Assembly (NCBI GenBank): GCA_964247055.1 | Contig: OZ176050.1 | Coordinates: 6,200,001 to 6,264,000, forward strand | DNA from: Paragordius varius | Lineage: Eukaryota; Animalia; Nematomorpha | DNA length: 64,000 nt | Reading direction: 5' to 3' | In this document: piece by piece, positions 12,031 through 25,487 of the stretch | Layout: each line of letters starts with the position of its first letter | Position numbering within the stretch: the stretch's first letter is position 1 | The notes under the pieces: generated by a model | What the model was told of the DNA's origin: nothing | Databases searched by the model: none | What the model saw: only the letters and a program-made list of their open reading frames with translations | Position numbers and translations under genes: made by a program

Positions 12031-13009
12031 CATTTTTGCATTTATTTTGGCCCAATAAAAGCCTAATAATTATAGACTTTTGGAACCCATAAAAATTTAA
12101 TTTTTTGCAAAATATTGTTTTTCTTTTTATATATAGGTATTATATATTTTAGTTATTTTTTCGAATGAAGCATTTTACTTTAAAAAAATTTTATAATAAA
12201 ATGATACGAATTTCGACATTTTCTCATAATAAGCACTACCATAACATTGTAATAACTTTCTTAAATCTATCGTAACTACCAAAGCCGATAGCAACATGAT
12301 AATCCAGATACACTTTCCTATCAGAATATACATTTGATCTGATTTTTTTGTGGTTTTTAAAAAATGAATTTAAATTTTTTTACATCAACCATTTTTGTAT
12401 GGACCCGTTCCTTAAAAATACGGTTTTTGTCTACTATTAGATTAGAATTATTTTAGAGAGAACATATATGTCTATTCAAATTTTAAATATATTTTTTAAG
12501 AAGACGTTTGTAGTTGCGCCATTTTTTGATTTAACGCACTATATAAAGAGTTTTTTAAAAATATTTGAAACGATTTCCAAGGTCCAATTGTATTTAGAAA
12601 TGAAATTTATTCATTTAATTTTAACCGAAGGTGACACAATTTTCAAAATTTCATTGAGATAATGCAAACGTATACGCAATATTAATCATAGCAAACTTAA
12701 CAAATACACTTAGGACATAGCAATAACTATGTATTTAGCCGCTTTATTAAAATTACGCTTTTTACAGGCAAACAAATCATCCACAAATATGTGAAACAAT
12801 TTGATAAACGCATAAGCGAATATGTATCTGTGCGTCACATATTTATAGCCCTCTGATTAGTCCCAGATTATGTATAAAATAGTTTCATACAATGATATCA
12901 AATGAATATAGTTGGATTTAAGTAGCTTTAAAAGAAAAAAATTCTATTAGTTTTTGACCTCAATATGGGTAAATTCGAAACCAGGTAAAATGGTTAAATT
13001 TAATGACCT

Positions 13010-13520
13010 TTAATAGTTTTAAATCCTAGAACGATTTGAAATTTAAATATCTTAAAAAGTATTAGAGGGAAGCTAAGTTTTAAGAGATGCTTTCTTTAGA
13101 CTTTAGGCGCATTATGCAAATTTTTTTATTAACTGGAAAATTGAAAAAAAATATTCATCTCAACTTTTTGGCCGCCATTTTTTTTCTTTATTTTTTTTAA
13201 TTTGCCGAAGCAACAGGCAAAGTTAGAAGTATATAATTAACTTAAGTAGACAGGTTGCATTTTACCAGCAATTGATATTTACTGATTTTAAAATCAGCTG
13301 TTTAGCCAAATCGTATTTCAAAGCTGTTCCAATTTTAGACTCTAGAAGCCACAAAACTTTCAACAATGTAAACTATTTTATTAATATAGGAGTACAATGT
13401 TAAATAATTAATAAAATAATTTTAAAGTAAATTTGTTTAGAAGATTGAGCTCTGGGACATAAAATTACCCCAATATCTCATCGCAGACAAAACAGTATTC
13501 ATGAAATATAGACAATCATT
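13010..13520. repeat. Old dispersed repeat family copy
   Basis: Collinear similarity by eye to ~37230-37560 (catctcaa...gccgccattt...gactctagaag...agctctggg); weaker matches near 27010 and 57590-58130. Confidence 0.45.
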
Positions 13521-13849
13521 GCGATATATTTACGATTTTATTATCTTTATATTATTTTCCCCAATTTAATGTAAAACTATATGGATTTAAGTTCGGACCA
13601 GCGTAAAGGGCCAGCTATTCTTATATAACGGCTCAATCACCCAAGACACATTTAAAATTTATAAAATTTTCTGTTTTTAACTCAAATGATATGTTTTTAG
13701 GGAATTTTCTTGAAAACAAATATTTGTTACTTCCTAATATTTCATTTAGACAAATTGATAAAAATAACTCTACTTCTAGGTTCATATTTTTGGGCCAATA
13801 CTCTGTAGGCATAATAGATTTAAACCATGTGGTAGCAACGTGAGATCAG

Positions 13850-16800
13850 ATGAAATGGCTCAAAATTTTAATATTTTTTATTTTAGTCTTGAAGAATTGT
13901 GCGATTGATAAATATTTTTATAAGTATTTTTATGTTAAACATAGAAATAAAGTAAAAGAGATGTTTATCCATGCCTATGACAGCTATGTAAAACATGCAT
14001 ATCCTTTAGATGAGTTAAAGCCACTTTCATGTTCCGGTATGAATACTTGGGGAAAGTTTATATAGCAATATAATATAGCTTTTCTTTAACCTTAATTGAT
14101 GCGCTTGATGTTTTAGCAATTATGGGGAATCGCACCGAATTTTTACGGGCCCAGGAATTGATTGTCAAAAACCTTAATTTTAATATGGATATAAATGTTT
14201 CCGTTTTTGAAACCAATATCAGAAGTCATTTTATTTATAATATTTAGTTGTTGGTGGCTTATTGGGCGCCCATTTTATGAGTGCATTACTAAATCTCAGT
14301 GAAATAGGATATCCATGTAAGGGGCCCTTGTTGGATATGGCTGTCAAAGTGGCTAATAAACTGATACCAGGTAAATTATAATTACACGCCTTTTTTATTC
14401 TAAAATTATTATTCATGAATCTTTATAATTTAATATCTTATATGATTGTAACTCTCTAAATAATATCATTTAATTTGAGAATGATTCGTAATTTATTTAT
14501 AAAACCCGTTAAAAATATTTTAAAGCCAAAGTTTTATCATTTGAAAGATACTTAAAACCAGATATTGTAACTGACAGTTTTTCAGATTCTCGGTCCATAA
14601 TGTATCTCGGGTTCCGGTAACTTATTTTACTAAAAAAATGGTTGATCTGGTTGGGGCTGTTAAAGAATTTTTTTTCATTTTTGGTTCCCGTTTTGTTTCT
14701 ATGTTTTTCAGTCAAATGTTTATTACTTTTTTAATTATAGAGATCACCCATTTGATACAATTTGAGTTAAATGCCGCAAGTTCCTTTCGCAAGCCAACTT
14801 ACTGAAATTTAAGACTAATTTTTTATATTAACATATTCGTTTAAACCATTACTGATAATTTTAAAATATTTTTTAAATTTATATTAATTTATTAGACATG
14901 TAAATTAATAGTACTGCATATTGCAAATCTGAATGAATATGTTATTTTTTAGCAAAATTTCAAGTAAACCTGTGTTAATTGAATCAAAAATTTCAAATTC
15001 ATCCAGACTCTTATTACACTCTATTTTAGAATTAGAATTATAAAAATTATGAGGTTTTTACGTTTTTTTCATTATAAACAACATTTCTAACTGCCAGTTT
15101 TGGTGTTAATATCAAATACTGAGTAGTTAGTCCATATATTATTTTGGTAAATGTCTATATTAAAATTCATTTTGAAACAAAATTATGTATACTTTTTATG
15201 AAAACTTTAGGAGGAAATTTAACAATTTATGATGATGACCTAAGATGACCATGTGGCAATTTTAATACAATTTAGATTTGCGAAAAGCTCACCATCATAA
15301 ATTTTTTTCCTTAGTGTGTCTGTTTTATGATATATTTATTACCATCATGCACAGAAATATTGAAAAAATTGAATTTATAAAGACAAAACGTAAAAACTAA
15401 AAGGCAAATATTTTTTTATAAAGGCGCACAGCAATTAACCTTGGTTTCTACATAAATTTTTAAACTATTATTTTGAATTTTAATTTATCATTTATTATAT
15501 CCAAAGGATAAGTTTATTAAAAAATATGGTTGAAAAAATGTGGTTGTATTTTACTTTTTACGTTTTGTATTTCCCTATTTACTTGCACCTATAGCATTTA
15601 ATACTAAAACGGGAATGCCATATGGAACAGTTAATTTAAAGTATGGAGTCCCTGTTAATGAAACTCCAATTACTTGTACAGCAGCAACGAATACATTTGC
15701 ACTTGAATGGTTTACCCTATCTGCCCTGACGGGTGATCCCATTTATAAACGCTTAGCTCTCAAATCACTTGGCGCGATTTGGAAAAATCACCGATCTCAA
15801 ATGGGATTGGTAAATTCTTAACCTAAAATGAGCTGAAAATATTGTATCGAGAATTAAATAACTGCTGTTCAATAAAAATATCGATATAAATGTGTTTTGC
15901 CAGAAATTAACTATCCCCTATTTATTATTGAAGTTAGATAATAAAAGTAATAAATGGCATAATGAGATCATTTAAGTTATACTTATAGTGTTGTGTGTAT
16001 TTCATGCTATTTTATCTGCTAGTCAAACTTCAAGAAAAAACTTCAAGAAAAAACTTCAAATTATTTCATGGTCAAATTTTTTGTTCGCACCCTTAATTTG
16101 ATTATATCAAAAACAATATCGATAATTGGCTTTCTTTTTTCAAAGAAGTGACACCATCTTTTAAATCAGATACATTTTATTAAGTATTATGTCCGATTTT
16201 AACACGATTAAAATTAGTTTTAACTAAGTTTTAATACGATTATAAATACTGTGTAAATTTTCTAGGTTGGAAATCACATTAATACTCATACGGGAGATTG
16301 GATTGGGAAAGAAGCTGGTATAGGATCTGGCGTGGATTCATACTTTGAATATTTGGTCAAAGGGGCATTTCTTTCTCGTGATCCGACACTTATCAGAATG
16401 TTTTTAGGTTTTTTTATCTACTCATAGCTATTATTTTTTAAATATCAACAAGGATGGCTTTATAACTTTAATTTTCTTTAGATTACGAAAATATTATAAA
16501 TGATCAAATACGATATAATGGTTGGTATTTTTGGGTACACATGTACAGTGGAAGCCTAATATGGCCAATTTTTCAATCTTTGGAAGCATTTTGGCCGGGA
16601 TTATTGGTATTAATTTTATAAGACTTTTTCCCATATATTTTATATAATTGCTCATTCATTATTATATACATGATTTGGGTATACTTATTAGAAATGCATG
16701 TTAAAATAAATGAGAACATACCTTTATATTGTATAATACTGCCTTTATTTCTTATTTCTTTTAAAAATATATCGGTTTTTGTATTAGGTGTCTATGGGTA

Positions 16801-19800
16801 AATTGGATGAAGCACAAAAATCGTTTCGACTCTATCATTCCGTTTGGTTAAAGTATGGCTCCTTGCCTGAAACATTTAACGTTGTAAATGATGAGTATGA
16901 AAAAGGGCATGCAAGTTATCCTTTACGACCTGGTATTAATAATATATTACATAATATGCTTTTTTTTCTTAATTTTATTATCACAATGATTGGAAGCAAT
17001 GCTTTTTTTGACATTTTATCACAAATTTTATTGCAATGGCTTATTTCATCGTTTGATTTTGTCCTAACTTAGTTCGATTTAATGCATTTTCTTTGTAATG
17101 TAAAATGGTTATTCTAAAATTTATTAATTTATATTTATGATTTTACTATGCATAAAACCCTAGTAATAATTAACATTATATTGAGAGAAATATAATATAA
17201 AAATATCATCCATTAATCCCTATTCTTTTAAATAGATTTTATTTTACTTTATATATATATATATGTTAGCTATACTTTTTAGATTATGTTTGTACATTTA
17301 CTGTTAATTTCCAAATTTTTTATTTTGAATTAAATAATAATTGTTATTATTGTACATATAGAATTTATTGAAAGTGCTTATCATTTATATCAAGCCACTG
17401 GTGATCCATACTATTTGGAGGTCGGCGTTGACGTAATCACAGCTTTGGAAAATTTGTGTCGCACGTCTTGTGGATATGCAGTGGTATAAAAAATATTATC
17501 CAAAATAATTAATATTAGAATTATATTAATTGAAAATATTTGAATATATTAATAATTGAGTTTATTTTAAACATACATTTTCGATTACCACAACTAATTT
17601 TTGTCGAACATAAAAGACAATAGTATATTTAAATTTAAAAAAATATATTAGCTCAAAGATGTGTCCACAAAAGAGAAATCTGACCGGATGGAATCATTCT
17701 TTTTGGCAGAAACGCTCAAATATTTATACCTTTTGTTCGCTACGGATCCATCGTTCACTGATGAAAAACCATTAATTTTTGAAAATGATATCTCACAATT
17801 TCGTGCAACACATTTCATTACACAAACGAATGATCTAATTGATTTGGACAAAATAAGGGATACTAATGCCTCGTAAACATTCTTATTATATACAATATAT
17901 TAGCTGACTATTAAAATGAAAAAATAGTATTTTTGTGTAAATACTTTACGTATTAATTTTTAACAAAAATCAGATTCAAACCTAATTACGTTTTATGTGT
18001 AATTTTATTGATGTTTTGCAACTATGAATTTCCCTATTTATTAATCTCTACTTATAAGGCCCCCACTTAAAACCTAATTAATATTATTAATCCATATTGA
18101 ATTTTACCCATGAAGTCTTTAAAGCGCTATTTTTGTGATTATCTTTTGTAAAGGTTTACTGAAAATTACCATGAACCTGGAAAATGTGTTGTTTTATCCG
18201 GCGGATATTTATTCAATACTGAAGCTCATCCTATCCATATTTCTGCCGTAGATTGTTGCGGTGTTTTGAATCAAGGTCCCATGGGACAAACTCTTGATCA
18301 ATATAGCACGGAAAATAAAATACCTTATTCAATTGATAACACCATGGATAAGAAATCTACTTCAAAGGATATAAAAGATGACCCCAATAAATTATATTTG
18401 GATGCAATAGCTAACCCTATAAATATAACTGATTTTGTGTCATTAAGGTCTAAGGATAATGACGTATTGTCTAATTTAACTGATAACGATTCTCTACTAA
18501 TCAGTCAACAAGAGTTATACGATTATATTTTAAATTTTGACAAATATGTCGAGCCTATAAATGAAAATGAACAAGTAATTTTTAATTGTCAGTTGCTATT
18601 TACTATACTTTTAAGTTTACTTTTTTACTGAGGGGTATGGAAATAGAGGGGCATTACACTTATTGGTCATTAATGAATATATGGGCTTTAAAATAGATGA
18701 TTTGAATAACAACACTTTCTCATTCAATAAAAGCATTTTTTATTTTAAAGCAACAATTTTTAATTTATGAGAGTATTACATTAAATGTCATTTAATTAAA
18801 ATATTGCCTCGATAAAAAAATATTGTGGCTGATTTGATAGAAAAAGAATTATTACTGTTTTTGGTCAGATATTTTAAGTGTAATATTAACTTAACCGACA
18901 AATCAAGCACCAATTCATCGAATAATTACTACACTGAAAGATTTATTGTTTTTAAAATTCTTTATACCAAATTTATGATTAATATTTAGAATATTATACC
19001 GCTTGAGGCGCTAAATCCAAATTTTGACTTGACAGCAACCACCAAAGATAATGGTTTGAATATGATACATCTTTTACAAATTTTGAATGGAGACTATACT
19101 TCGTTACAGGGTGACACAGCTTATGATTATCAAAATGAGAATTTAAAACAACCGTCTCTATATAATGATATGCCCTATACGCATTATTATGATAAGGATG
19201 TGTTTGATCAAGAAATTGAGAATGCTATTCCAAACATTCCAATCACAAAAGAGCCAACAACCAAAGGATTAAGTCTTGATAGTTTAATCCCTAAAAATTT
19301 CTTGCAAAACGCACTTTTATCTAGTTTAGATATCCTGGGGTCATTTAATCAAAGCATTTGGAACTCGCTATTGAGTAATAATTATAATATTTTTAAAGAT
19401 GGATTGAAAACATGTTTTTTTTTAATTTGATACTTATTTGGAGTTTTATTGATTTAATATAAGGCATATATGGAAATAATTTAATTAAAATATCATATAA
19501 TTATTTGATAAACTTATTGGTATATTATTTTTATTATTAATATCAGGCGAATCTATTTTACAAACACCGACCACCAACTCTGGTTTATCAAATGACTCTA
19601 AAATTTTAAATTTAATAATAAATGACCCATCTGGTGCACAAGAAGCTGAAGAATTACAAACCAAGATAGAAATAGACAAGTTAACAGACAATAAAAGTAT
19701 TGTATTTTTAGTTTTAATATTTATAAGACATTGTTGATTAAGTATACTCAAAATATAACATCACTTTACCGGATAAGTTTTTAATGGTTAGAAAAACTGT

Positions 19801-21022
19801 AATACCCGATTGTGAGAGCATTGTTCTATCTATACTGATCCCTTTAAAAATATTATTTTTTTGTGTAAAATTTAATTAATATATATTTTTTATAATAAAT
19901 AAATGTTGTTTTGTTAGAAATATATATTAATAAAGAATAATCAAATGACTCTGTTTTTGGCTTTGTTGCTCAAAAAACCTATAGTCTGTGAAAAGGGTGT
20001 ACACAATTTTTAATTCTTTTATTTTATAGATAAAGGTCCATAACTATAATAAGCCAATTAATTATCTTTAAAAGATTCGATCCTGTTCAGATATTTTGAG
20101 TTTTTAAATAAAAAATTCCAAATTTTGATGTTTGCAAATATTTTTTCAATAATTGAACATCAGGTTCTATGTGAAAGTAATAAAATGGATTATCGAATGG
20201 CTCAATATTTTACGCAGCTAAACATATTTTATAAATATAATAAAAAAACTAAACATCCAAAAATAATAAAATTTAATTTTTAAAAAGATATAGAAGATCA
20301 GGCTGTGAAATAATGTCTATTCTTTATCCTTATTTACTGATATACTTTGATTATTTTCATTTTGATATTCAATGACACATTCACATTTTAAAATTTAAAT
20401 AATTTTTTTAGTAATGGCAAATTTATGCGAAGATCCTGGTTCAATCAATGATGTGCTTGATGATATAGTAGGAAAACAAAACAATTGCATTAATCCGCAT
20501 TTAGCGCTCATGAAATCAGGAGACGTTTATGAAGAAAACGTTGCCAAAGATGATGACACAATAAAGAAAAGACAAACTTTTTTCACACGCTGTTTATTTC
20601 TTTGTTCGCTATATTCATGCCCTTACTATATTTATCTTCCTTTTTCTAGTCATTTAACATCAGATTTCGAATTTACTTCCACCAAAAAACCTTTATATCT
20701 CGATTTCAAAAAAATGATTGTAAAATCCAATGTGTCGAGCACTGAAATTTCGCTAGAAAACACAAACACGAATTTTGATGATAGTGCTATAAACCAAAAA
20801 ATCGATTCTTTATTAACTCCGGCAAACAAAGGTATAATTCTTTCACACCTTAATGCGAAATCAATTGATGATGGCAGTAATCGTAAAACTCCATTAAATG
20901 AACAAAAATCTACTTCAGTTGCGGGCAAACAGACCTCTGCACTTAAAATAAAATTACCGCTGCATAAACGGGAAACTATCCAAAAATGTGAGCAAATAAA
21001 TATGTTATGTTCTGCCGAATGA
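13850..21022 (+). CDS. EDEM2: ER degradation-enhancing alpha-mannosidase-like protein 2 (GH47), ~1016 aa, 13 exons
   Basis: Exons 13850-14055, 14079-14224, 14248-14370, 15595-15809, 16266-16407, 16482-16606, 16788-16932, 17362-17483, 17652-17872, 18154-18574, 18990-19413, 19547-19696, 20412-21022 (3051 nt, in frame). Signal peptide; motifs [98 protein letters not shown]. The last three exons are inferred from splice phase only. Confidence 0.9.
14056..14078 (+). other. 23-nt spliceosomal intron (EDEM2 intron 1)
   Basis: GTTTATATAGCAATATAATATAG; removal gives [14 protein letters not shown]; retention gives a stop at 14063-14065. Confidence 0.9.
14225..14247 (+). other. 23-nt spliceosomal intron (EDEM2 intron 2)
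   Basis: GTCATTTTATTTATAATATTTAG; removal restores the conserved ETNIR-I-VGGLL. Confidence 0.9.
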
Positions 21023-21134
21023 ATCATGAACGCAATTATATAAATATACATCTAATGCAAAATAAGTGATTAATAATTTATTATAATATACATAAATGGG
21101 CATAGTATAAATAAATACAAATACATATTATATA

Positions 21135-24100
21135 TTATAAATCAGTGGAAACTTCTGCACCTTTATTATCATAGTATCCTTTATGATTTAAATTTTGTCT
21201 CGAATTAGCATCAATTTTTTTATCATTTACATTAATATCATTTAAATAATACTTTCCACCATTTAATTGACCTTCGATTTTGTCATTGGTATATGAGGTC
21301 GTAGTTTGTAATGATAAATCTGAACAATCTTCCGATTTTTCTTTAGGATGATATTTTTCATTATATTTTTTAAGGTCGAAAACTTTGAAAAAGGGCCCTG
21401 AAAAATAATAAAGTATAAATGTTAAATGTGGTATTCGGTATAATTCATACATATATTTTTAAAAATATATATGTCTACCAATCATATTTATATATGGGCT
21501 TCACGTTATCTAGTCAAAAAATTATTTATTAAATTAATTTTTGACATTTATTTTCGTGATATATATTGTTTAAACTCTGGAATGTTGTATATAGATGATC
21601 AAATTTTTTAAATAATAATTTGACTTTAAATGTAATAGCATTTATTTTATCAACATAATTAAATCATTGGATTTTTAAAAATTAGGAGCACTATCGTCAA
21701 TAAAGGTTAACATGAAATATAAAGATTTGATTATTTAATAATACCGATTTGTCTATTAAAAACTCTAGTAATAAGCGTTTTGGCACATAATCAAACAATA
21801 ATTAGAAAATATTGGAATATTTTTTACCGTATTTTGGCAGTATGAAAGGATTATTCCTCTCCAAATCTTCCAATGTTTCGGGCAACGGAATATCTTTAGT
21901 TGGTGGTAATAAGGCAAACAAAAAGGCTGAAATCATTGCGCTTGTAGATAAAACTATCGCCATTAGCATTGGGTGTATTTTATTCTTGTCAATTTATAAA
22001 TGATTGATTACAATGTATTTTAATTTCGATCATGATATAGACCAAAAATAAAAAATATGCATACCAAATTTACGATAAAGGGCGAAAATAAGTATCCCAT
22101 CCGCGTTAAGGAATTGTTTAAACCAAACGCTGTATTTCTATTATATATAAATTAAATTTAACAAATATTTGATATTTTTATTGATTATTACCAACCATAT
22201 AAAAATTATTAAAACCATTATAATTTAAATATGCATTAAAATATTATAATTGTCTAAAACGCTTATTTTAAAGATTTTTGTTTTCCAACGATAAAAATAC
22301 ATTTTTAACTAGAGATTTTAGGGTATAATTAAAACGACGTAAATAGATAAATTTATGATTTTTTCATATATAATTTTTGGTACTATAGTCGTTATTCACT
22401 ATTGATATAACCATAATTTATTAAACAATTCAAACTTTGACCATAATAATCTTTGTAAAGAGCTGTTTTCATAAAATTAGTACTTAAAAATTTTAACATA
22501 ATATTAAGAATATAAATCAAAATAATAAATAGATTATAAAAGCACTAAGATTTAATCTTTGATATACTCTTTTCATAAAAAAATTGTACAATAGAGTTGC
22601 ATGTGTTTTCAAATATTTATTTAAACCTTATGGAAGTTGGGAACGTTTCATTAATAATGACGTAGGAAAGGGTTAAGGATGCACCAATTAAGCATCGACT
22701 CGCCATAAAGAGGATAATAACAAGATAATCCATTTGTGATTTGCTAACTTGTTAAATATAAAATTATTTTAGTCTAGATATACATTTTCCATTTCAGTCC
22801 AATTTTTAACAAATTTACTTTTAAACACTAAAAAACATATCTTTGCGTGTAAATAGTGCAGTCATTAAAATAAAACAGTACAACTGTCATATAAAGATAA
22901 TATTTGAAATGCTGCGGAAGAGATAAAAAAGCTAATTTTATGCATAATATTAAAATGATAATGCAAATGGTATTTAACATACAGGTATAATGATAAGTAC
23001 ATTTAATGTAAATAATAGTCCATTAACAATGGTAAATTACAAAAAAATAAATGACAAAGGCCAATGATTAATGAACAAAAAATAACTGAAAAAAAGTTAT
23101 ATATATTTATATAAATCATTCAAACTATACTTGATAGATAAGGTAAAAATAGTTGTGAAAGCAAAAGGAGAATACAAAGTGAGTTCATGATGAAAACCGG
23201 TTTACGCCGTCCTAATCTATCGCATAAAAAAAATTTTAATAGCTTATATTCAAAATATATTATCATAGTATAATATATTTTTATTATAACTATGATAAAA
23301 AATTACTATTTATTATCAAGTACAATTATATAAAATATATTTGGAATTAGTTTAAAAAATTGTACGTCATAACACTATTACGAAGAAATGTTTCCTAGAA
23401 ACGATAATAAGTTTTTGTGTAATTTCTAGTTTTTTTATATCATACATATAGTATAATAATAGGTAAAAAACTCCAAAAAATAAAACTTAATAGCAATGAG
23501 GGCCAAAACTTTTCCGGGAATTTCTGTTAAACCAACCAACGTGTAATTGACGTACAAATTTCCTGGTAGTTTGTGCGTAGCAAACGTGAGTCCCATGTAT
23601 GTTTGCGACATAAAAAACCTGAAAAAATACATGAATATCCACAAAAAATAAGTAATAAGCAAACATGTACGTAAATTTTAATATAAGCCCCAGGTAAAAA
23701 GGATAACATTAATATAATATTTGTTGAATTACATATAGATATGTATGCAAGAAAATAAAAGTCTTTGAAATGAACTAAAAATAAAAAAAAGTAGATAAAA
23801 ATAGTAAATAGACTCTTTGTTAGATTGTACAAACATCCAAAAAATAGTGTCAATGTGCTTGCTAAAATTATAATTAAAAGTAAGGGGAAAACAGAATTTA
23901 AATGTTTTACGTTCCAAAATCCACGTTAAATGTTCGAGGCCATAATAATTTATGCGTAAACAAGTCACTCAAAGTCGCTGTATGTGTACTCCCCTTTGCT
24001 TTATTGCATTCATGATCCATTTTCTCACGATCATTTGTTTTGTCAAGTTTTGAAAGAGTTGATTTTTTTTGCACAATCAAATGTTCTTCAAAGTTTTTAG

Positions 24101-25487
24101 GCAGGGTGATTGCATTCCATCGTGCAGCTTTTAATATAAGTTCTCTGGCTTGTGCAGGTTTCCCATTGTCTACGAGCCAGTATATTGATTCATCGATGAA
24201 ACTATAAAAATTAAGCATTTTTGGGAGAAATTATTTTAGGTGATAATGTAGCATTGTTTAAAAAAAATTTTAAAATTTTAATGTTTTTGTTTCCGGCTTA
24301 ACAAGGTGAACACCTATGATAAACATTGTCCTTTATAATAGCTAGAAAGGTTACGAACCAAAGTAATCTCAGAATTATAAGTAAGTAATCAGTATTTAAC
24401 ACCAATTTCTAATTATATTTTAAAAATATATATAACTATGGTAAATCATAAAACAAGAAAAATTAAAAAGTAAACTAACAATGTTTGTATGAAATATGTT
24501 CCCAACAGCAAACCCGTAACTGCTTGTAACGTCCGCCAGGGTCGAACAAAAAATGCGATTAAGGCTAAAACAGAAAATCCCAAACCATATGCAACGGTAG
24601 CTAATATAGGTATGAGGAAACGGTATTTTTTGGGTAATAATTCGCTCAACATGACAATGTGTAACACAAAATTGCCCTAAATATATATTAATTGATTATA
24701 TGATTAAAAAAATAATTTGTAATTATAATTAGATAAAGATGTGTTGATCAAAAAATAAAATAAGTAATTTATTGTAAGAGAAATGGATCCTCTACCTTTA
24801 TATATTACAATTTTATAAAAAACAGGCATATTATTTATCTTCATCAAATACATAATTTAAATTTTAATTAAAATTATAATGTAAAATATATAAATAGTCT
24901 TACGGAATGACAAAATCCTTGACCAAACCTCAATGTTAGCAACATAATATAATTAGGAGCGGTGGAAGCCAAAATAGATAAAACACTGTAACCAGCTGTT
25001 GAAAAATATAATATTCGTTTGCGTCCAAATTTATCTGATAAAATAGAAAAGACAACGGCTCCAAAGACACACCCAGCCATAAATATAGATGAAAACAGTG
25101 GAATAAGATGGGAATAATCGCATACTAAATCCCACTAAAATATTATTGAAAATAAACCTCCGCCGTTATTGTTTTTTTAAAGGTGTGATGGTATCCATTA
25201 TTACATGGGATAATGGTTCGATTTTTAGAGAACATTTTACATGATGAATAAACATTGTTGGCAATTTCCAAATTCGACATGGATGTTTCCCCATCGTATA
25301 AAGGAATAACTTCATCTATAGCGAATTCGGAAAAATTAAAATAACAAAAAAATGGATTTTCTTTTGCCACAAAGTCCTTTATTAGCATTTGTATGACTTG
25401 AAAAAGCATTAAATTCGATATTAAAATATAATTTTTGATTTGATATAAACCGAATCCCAACTTGTCTATAATCTCGTCCAAAGCCAT
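21135..25487 (-). CDS. SLC22 / organic cation transporter family MFS protein, ~626 aa, 10 exons
   Basis: Exons 25487-25158, 25134-24904, 24676-24480, 24201-23911, 23618-23487, 23216-23131, 22747-22627, 22137-22065, 21984-21828, 21397-21135 (1881 nt, in frame). Motifs TITAEWDLVCD, SDKFGRK, SELLPKKYR, IDESIYWL, LGRRKP, NETFPTSIRNTAFG, LPPTKDIPLPETLED. Confidence 0.88.
25135..25157 (-). other. 23-nt spliceosomal intron (SLC22 intron 1)
   Basis: GTTTATTTTCAATAATATTTTAG; removal gives the SLC22 signature TAE-WDLVCD. Confidence 0.9.

Noticed and set aside
19485-19751. 88-aa minus-strand ORF inside EDEM2
   Set aside because: It is the antisense shadow of plus-strand exon 19547-19696.
20650-21051. 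133-aa minus-strand ORF
   Set aside because: Antisense to the last EDEM2 exon, with no independent coding signal.
23527-23968. Hydrophobic ORFs inside SLC22 intron 4
   Set aside because: AT-rich intron translations; the SLC22 model is complete without them.
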